DNA of 11,400 nucleotides from a virus: UHGV virus genome UHGV-1549577; one strand, 5' to 3'. Shown piece by piece: positions 7,191 to 11,400 of this stretch (position 1 is its first letter; each line of letters starts with the position of its first letter). The notes under the pieces were generated by a model. It saw only the letters and a program-made list of their open reading frames with translations, ran no database searches and was not told where the DNA came from. The position numbers and the translations under genes were made by a program.

Positions 7191-7513
7191 CGGCATTACT
7201 GACACTGGAAGAAATCAAGGCACATTTGCGTGTTGACCATGACGCGGATGATGACATGCTGATGGACAAGGTTCGTCAGGCTACAGCTGTGCTGCTGGCC
7301 TACATTCAGGGCAGCCGGGATAGGGTGATCCGTGAGGACGGTGAACTGATCCCGGGCGAGGCATTAACCCGGATGAAGGGGGCTGCCATGCGCCTGACCG
7401 GGATGTTGTACCGGAATCCGGATCTTGCTGAGCGGGAAGACCTCGTGCAGGGGGAACTGCCGTTTTCTGTGTCCGTGCTGATTTACGATTTGCGTTGCCC
7501 GACGGTGTTATGA
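7187..7513 (+). CDS. Head-tail connector protein (gp6-like)
   Basis: 108 aa. N-terminus LTLEEIKAHLRVDHDADDDMLMDKVRQATAVLLAYI matches the conserved start of gp6-like connector proteins. Confidence 0.75.
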   Translation: MTALLTLEEIKAHLRVDHDADDDMLMDKVRQATAVLLAYIQGSRDRVIREDGELIPGEALTRMKGAAMRLTGMLYRNPDLAEREDLVQGELPFSVSVLIYDLRCPTVL

Positions 7514-7522
7514 GGAGGGGGA

Positions 7523-7873
7523 ATGGCAATTTCTGCAGGGCGTCTGACACAGATGATAAGCATTCTGAACCCGGTGTTAACCCGTAATGCTGCCGGAGAA
7601 ATGACGGAAGAATGGGTGTCATGCGGGAAAATTCATGCGGATATCCGGGGCAGGAGCAGCCGGGAGCGGATGCAGTCCGGTGCGGAAATGGCGCAGGCGG
7701 AAATCCGCATCTGGGTGCGCGGTCAGTCCGGTCGGGAAATCACGGCAGCGTCACGACTTCATGTGCTGAGTGGTCCCTGGCGTGACCGGATCCTGAACGT
7801 TGTCGGGCTGCCCGTGCCGGATGCGACCGGCGGGCGCCTGGAAATTCTTTGTCGGCTGGGAGGGGAAAAATGA
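7523..7873 (+). CDS. Head closure / head-tail joining protein
   Basis: 116 aa. Pattern EEW...IHADIRGRSSRERMQSG...IRIWVRG...ITAASRL...RILNVVG...GRLEILC matches the head-tail joining family. GAGGAGGGGG lies upstream of the ATG. Confidence 0.75.
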   Translation: MAISAGRLTQMISILNPVLTRNAAGEMTEEWVSCGKIHADIRGRSSRERMQSGAEMAQAEIRIWVRGQSGREITAASRLHVLSGPWRDRILNVVGLPVPDATGGRLEILCRLGGEK

Positions 7874-8316
7874 TCGAAACCCTGCTGGATTTTTCGGGAC
7901 TTGAAGAAATAAGCCGTGATTTGCAGCTTCTGAGTGGTGCAGAAAACAACCGGGTACTGCGTGAGGCAACCCGCGCGGGGGCGAATGAACTGAAAGAAGA
8001 AGTGGTGTCACGGGCACCGGTGCGCAGGGGAAAACTGCGCCGCAATGTGGTGGTCCTTTCCCGGCGCTCCCGCGATGGCGGGATGGAATCCGGTGTGTAT
8101 ATCCGTGGTGTTAATCCGGACACCGGCAACAGTGATAACACCATGAAGGCGGATAATCCCCGCAATGCCTTCTACTGGCGGTTTGTGGAAATGGGGACCG
8201 TGAATATGCCACCGCACCCGTTTGTGCGCCCGGCGTTTGATGTGCGCAGTGAACAGGCAGCTCAGGTGGCGATTGCGCGGATGAACCGGGCCATTGATGA
8301 GGTACTGAGACGATGA
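7870..8316 (+). CDS. HK97 gp10-like tail/neck component
   Basis: The ATG at 7870 overlaps the upstream stop (ATGA) and has GGGAGGGG upstream. The ORF track's start at 7849 is a TTG that would overlap the previous gene by 25 nt. Conserved ...FYWRFVEMGT...PPHPFVRPAFD... segment. Confidence 0.75.
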   Translation: MIETLLDFSGLEEISRDLQLLSGAENNRVLREATRAGANELKEEVVSRAPVRRGKLRRNVVVLSRRSRDGGMESGVYIRGVNPDTGNSDNTMKADNPRNAFYWRFVEMGTVNMPPHPFVRPAFDVRSEQAAQVAIARMNRAIDEVLRR

Positions 8317-8657
8317 CGGAGGCGGATTTGTATCCTCATCTGGCGCATCTTGCCGGCGGGCAGGTGTACCCGTATGTGGTCCCCCTGCTGGATGGCAGGC
8401 CGTCGGTGGCGCTTCCGTGGGTGGTTTTCAGCCTGATTTCATCGGTGTCTGCGGACGTGATGGGCGGGCAGGCGGAGTCCTCAGTGTCGGTGCAGATAGA
8501 CGTTTATGCCGGGACTGTGACGCAGGCGCGTCAGATACGTCAGGACGCCCGTGAAGCCATAATGCTGCTGGCCCCGGGATCCGTCAGTGAAATGCAGGAC
8601 TATATTCCGGAAAACCGCTGTTACCGTGCAACCCTGGAGTTTCAGGTCACGGTGTGA
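8313..8657 (+). CDS. Tail completion / tail terminator-like protein (DUF3168-like)
   Basis: 114 aa, coupled by an ATGA overlap. The pattern YPYVVP...PWVVFSLIS...VSVQIDVYA, and the position just upstream of the major tail gene, fit this family. Confidence 0.7.
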   Translation: MTEADLYPHLAHLAGGQVYPYVVPLLDGRPSVALPWVVFSLISSVSADVMGGQAESSVSVQIDVYAGTVTQARQIRQDAREAIMLLAPGSVSEMQDYIPENRCYRATLEFQVTV

Positions 8658-8686
8658 CTTTTTCTTTTTTTCTACAAAACCCATAC

Positions 8687-8707
8687 CCCGCCGCGTGCGG
8701 GTTTTTT
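8687..8707 (+). terminator. Intrinsic-terminator-like hairpin plus T-run upstream of the major tail gene
   Basis: Stem CCCGC (8687-8691) pairs with GCGGG (8697-8701) around a 5-nt loop, followed by TTTTTT at 8702-8707. Confidence 0.5.
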
Positions 8708-8723
8708 ATTATCAGGAGGCAGA

Positions 8724-9440
8724 ATGTCTGCTTTGTATGAACGCTCACAGCTGACGCAGGTGATGATTTCATCTGCCCCGGCGACTGCTGAAACTATGGA
8801 TAAGGCGGAATATCTGCGCCTGGACTGCACCATCAAGGAAGTCCAGTTCACCGCCGGTCAGAAACAGGATATTGATGTGACCACGCTCTGCTCCACAGAG
8901 CAGGAGAACATCAACGGTCTGGGGGCGTCGTCCGAGATTTCCATGTCGGGTAATTTTTATCTGAATCAGGCCCAGAACGCCCTGCGTGATGCCTATGACA
9001 ATGACACGGTGTATGCGTTTAAGGTGCAGTTTCCGTCCGGTAAGGGCTTTAAGTTCCTGGCGGAAGTGCGTCAGCACACCTGGTCATCCGGTACCAACGG
9101 CGTGGTGGCTGCAACGTTTTCACTGCGTCTGAAGGGTAAACCGGTGTCCTATGTGGTACCGCTGGCGTTTGGGAAAAATCTGGATAAGACACTTACCGTG
9201 AATACCGGTGCGCTGCTGACAATGTCAGTCAGTGTCAACGGGGGAACGCCGCCTTATAAACACGCCTGGAAGAAGGATGGTCAGCCGGTAGAGGGACAGA
9301 CTACTGACACTTTCAGTAAAGCCAATACGCAGTCAGGTGATAAGGGGGCTTATACCTGCGAGGTAACGGATTCTGCAGAACAGCCGCAGAGCATTACCTC
9401 TGATGCGTGTACAGTAACGGTTAATGGTGCGGGCGGATAA
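8724..9440 (+). CDS. Major tail (tube) protein with C-terminal Ig-like domain
   Basis: 238 aa with a strong AGGAGG RBS. The C-terminal ~85 aa (LTVNTGALLTMSVSVNGGTPPYKHAWKKDGQPVEG...GDKGAYTCEVTD...CTVTV) show an Ig-like domain pattern, as known for lambda gpV-type tail tube proteins. Confidence 0.8.
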   Translation: MSALYERSQLTQVMISSAPATAETMDKAEYLRLDCTIKEVQFTAGQKQDIDVTTLCSTEQENINGLGASSEISMSGNFYLNQAQNALRDAYDNDTVYAFKVQFPSGKGFKFLAEVRQHTWSSGTNGVVAATFSLRLKGKPVSYVVPLAFGKNLDKTLTVNTGALLTMSVSVNGGTPPYKHAWKKDGQPVEGQTTDTFSKANTQSGDKGAYTCEVTDSAEQPQSITSDACTVTVNGAGG

Positions 9441-9445
9441 GGCTT

Positions 9446-9820
9446 ATGGCAAAAGATCTGAAAACGCTGGCGCTGGCCAGACTGTCAGGGTTTCGTCATA
9501 AAACGGTGAAGGTGCCGGAATGGGGTAATGTCAGCGTGGTGCTGCGGGAGCCTTCGGCAGAGGCCTGGTATCTGTGGCAGGAAGTGCTCAATGGTGATGG
9601 AGAGGATGACGATACCCTGTCGGTGGTGGCGAAAACCCGCCGTAACCTGGAAGCGGATGTGACGCTGTTCTGCGATGTCCTGTGTGATACGGATCTGCAG
9701 CGGGTGTTCACTCCGGACGACCGTGAGCAGGTGCTGGCCGTCTATGGTCCGGTACATGCCCGGTTGCTGCGTCAGGCACTGGAACTGATCGCTGATGCAG
9801 AGTCGGCCAGAAAAAAGTAG
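9446..9820 (+). CDS. Tail assembly chaperone (lambda gpG analogue)
   Basis: 124-aa ORF between the major tail and tape measure genes. It ends at TAG immediately after the heptamer A_AAA_AAG. Confidence 0.7.
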   Translation: MAKDLKTLALARLSGFRHKTVKVPEWGNVSVVLREPSAEAWYLWQEVLNGDGEDDDTLSVVAKTRRNLEADVTLFCDVLCDTDLQRVFTPDDREQVLAVYGPVHARLLRQALELIADAESARKK

Positions 9821-10125
9821 CCCGCCCGGAAATTCGCTTTCTGATGCGACTTGCGCTCCGTCTGGGGCGCACCTTATCCGAACTGCAGCACAGCCTGAGT
9901 GCGAGCGAGGCGATGATGTGGATGGAGTTCGACAGGGTATCCCCGCTGGGTGATGAGCGCGGGGATATCCGTAATGCACAGATCGTGAAAGCGGTTTTTG
10001 GGGCACAGGGGATGAATGTTGCACTGAAGGACGCCATGCTCTGCTGGGGCGAGGATGAGGACAAGCCGGAGGTGGATCCGTTTGCGGCGCTGGAAGACGC
10101 GCTGAGCTTTGCAGCACAGTCATGA
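9446..10125 (+). CDS. Frameshift-extended tail assembly chaperone (lambda gpGT analogue), joined by a -1 shift at 9811-9817
   Basis: A -1 shift at the slippery heptamer joins the chaperone ORF to the downstream frame that contains the annotated 9844-10125 ORF, giving a product of about 226 aa. This is the conserved arrangement of tail chaperone genes upstream of tape measure genes. Confidence 0.6.
9811..9817 (+). promoter_or_regulatory. Programmed -1 ribosomal frameshift slippery site A_AAA_AAG
   Basis: The heptamer is in the correct register: the zero-frame codons are AAA (9812-9814) and AAG (9815-9817), then TAG. The -1 frame is open from 9796 and continues to 10125. Confidence 0.65.
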
Positions 10126-10133
10126 ATGATGAG

Positions 10134-10154
10134 AACCGCTGAGGCGGTTTTTTT
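10134..10154 (+). terminator. Intrinsic-terminator-like hairpin plus T-run upstream of the tape measure gene
   Basis: Stem AACCGC (10134-10139) pairs with GCGGTT (10144-10149) around a 4-nt loop, followed by T-run to 10154. Confidence 0.45.
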
Positions 10155-10172
10155 ACGCCCGGAGAAAGGTGA

Positions 10173-11400
10173 ATGGCGACGTTACGTGAACTGATTATCA
10201 AAATTTCGGCAAATTCGCAGTCATTCCAGTCGGAGATCCAGCGGGCTTCCCGCATGGGCAGTGAATATTACCGGACCCTGCAGAATGGCGGGCGTCAGGC
10301 TGCCGCAGTCGCCCGGGAGCAGCGACGCGCCCTGGCTGAGCTGAACAGCCAGTTGACGGAAATCCGCGCTTCAGCTGCCGGAACGGCGGGGGCATTTGCA
10401 GGTGCCTTTGCCACCGGGCACCTGATTTCTCTGGCCGATGAATGGAGTTCCGTGAATGCCCGACTGAAACAGGCGTCGCAGTCATCCGATGAATTTTCGT
10501 CATCACAGAAAGTGCTGATGGATATCAGCCAGCGGACGGGCACGGCATTTTCAGATAATGCGGCCCTGTTTGCCCGCTCGGCAGCCTCAATGCGTGAATA
10601 TGGTTACAGTGCTGATGATGTGCTGAAGGTGACGGAGGCCATTTCGACAGGACTGAAACTGTCAGGGGCTGGAGTTGCGGAATCCGGTTCGGTGATCACC
10701 CAGCTCAGCCAGGCACTGGCACAGGGTGTACTGCGTGGCGAAGAATTTAATGCTGTTAACGAAAATGGCGACCGGGTGATCCGCGCGCTTGCTGCGGGGA
10801 TGGGTGTGGCCCGTAAAGATCTGAAGGCAATGGCGGATGTCGGAAAACTGACAGCGGATAAAGTGGTCCCTGCGTTAATCAGCCAGCTGGGGGTATTGCG
10901 TGATGAATATGCGGCCATGCCGGAAACGGTTTCCGGTAGTATCACAAAGGTGGAAAACGCCTTTATGGCCTGGGTGGGTGGCGCGAATGAGGCCAGCGGG
11001 GTGACAAAAACGCTCTCCGGCGTGCTGAACGGTGTTGCCGGTAATATTGATAATGTGGCAACAGCCGCGGGGGCGCTGGTTGCCGTCGGGGTTGCCCGGT
11101 ACTTTGGCAATATGGCCTCCGGAGCGGTGTCTGCCACGGCAGGACTTGTGACGGCAGCACGTAATGAAGTGGCACTGGCGGAAGCACAGCTCAGGGGGAC
11201 GCAGATTGCCACGGCGCGGGCAAGGGCAGCCGTGTACCGTGCACAGCAGGCTGTGGCGGCAGCCCGCGGGACGGAGATGCAGATTGCCGCAGAGGCCCGT
11301 CTGGCGGTCACACAGGAACGTCTGAACAGAAATATTGCAGCCAGAACCGCCGCCCAGAATGCGCTGAACAGTACAACGGCGGTGGGCTCACGTCTGATGA
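10173..11400 (+). CDS. Tail tape measure protein, 5' part only (runs off the window end)
   Basis: ATG at 10173 with GGAGAAAGG upstream, and the frame stays open to the window end. The translation (MATLRELIIKISANSQSFQSEIQRASRMGSEYY..., Ala/Gln-rich and helical) resembles the N-terminal region of lambda-family tape measure proteins. It is absent from the ORF track, which lists only ORFs with a stop inside the window. Confidence 0.8.
   Translation, partial: MATLRELIIKISANSQSFQSEIQRASRMGSEYYRTLQNGGRQAAAVAREQRRALAELNSQLTEIRASAAGTAGAFAGAFATGHLISLADEWSSVNARLKQASQSSDEFSSSQKVLMDISQRTGTAFSDNAALFARSAASMREYGYSADDVLKVTEAISTGLKLSGAGVAESGSVITQLSQALAQGVLRGEEFNAVNENGDRVIRALAAGMGVARKDLKAMADVGKLTADKVVPALISQLGVLRDEYAAMPETVSGSITKVENAFMAWVGGANEASGVTKTLSGVLNGVAGNIDNVATAAGALVAVGVARYFGNMASGAVSATAGLVTAARNEVALAEAQLRGTQIATARARAAVYRAQQAVAAARGTEMQIAAEARLAVTQERLNRNIAARTAAQNALNSTTAVGSRLM

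Noticed and set aside
7849-7869. TTG start at 7849 for the gp10-like gene, as in the ORF track
   Set aside because: The ATG at 7870 overlaps the upstream stop (ATGA) and has a well-spaced GGGAGGGG. The TTG start would create a 25-nt overlap and has no RBS.
45-11311. Numerous minus-strand ORFs in the track (for example 690-1295, 3324-4217, 4694-5227, 4969-5547, 6588-7133, 9485-10255, 10604-11311)
   Set aside because: All lie antisense to well-supported plus-strand genes. Their translations are Arg/Pro/Cys/His/Trp-rich with no recognisable motifs, as expected for spurious ORFs in GC-rich coding DNA, and none has a convincing RBS.
1-11400. Interpretation as a capsid-only phage satellite (PICI-like element) rather than a full phage
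   Set aside because: The window also encodes a tail completion protein, major tail protein, tail assembly chaperones and a tape measure protein, so a complete siphovirus-type structural module is present. Flanking sequence would still be needed to tell an intact prophage from a defective one.
1-11400. Search for a defence system, toxin-antitoxin pair, integrase, transposase or RNA gene
   Set aside because: Every sizeable ORF is accounted for by a packaging, head or tail function, apart from the two ORFs of unknown function reported above. There is no opposite-strand cassette and no compositional island, and nothing resembling a tRNA or rRNA was seen by eye.

Overview
The window is one contiguous, same-strand (+) late-gene module of an HK97-like tailed phage or prophage, with codon usage and GC content that look enterobacterial. 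It is cut at both ends: it opens inside an HNH endonuclease gene and closes inside the tape measure gene. Gene order is HNH endonuclease (3' end), a putative cos/packaging region, terminase small and large subunits, a fused prohead protease-major capsid ORF, a small unknown ORF, portal, a repeat-containing protein, head-tail connector, head closure protein, HK97 gp10-like protein, tail completion protein, major tail protein, tail assembly chaperones with a -1 frameshift site, and tape measure protein. I found no tRNA or rRNA, CRISPR array, integrase, transposase or recognisable defence system. The items most worth follow-up are the 299-aa repeat protein with a carbohydrate-binding-like C-terminus inside the head module, the protease-capsid fusion with a possible internal start, the capsid-before-portal order, and the GTTAAC-rich intergenic region after the HNH gene. 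All protein assignments rest on motif recognition by eye from the translations; no database search was run.
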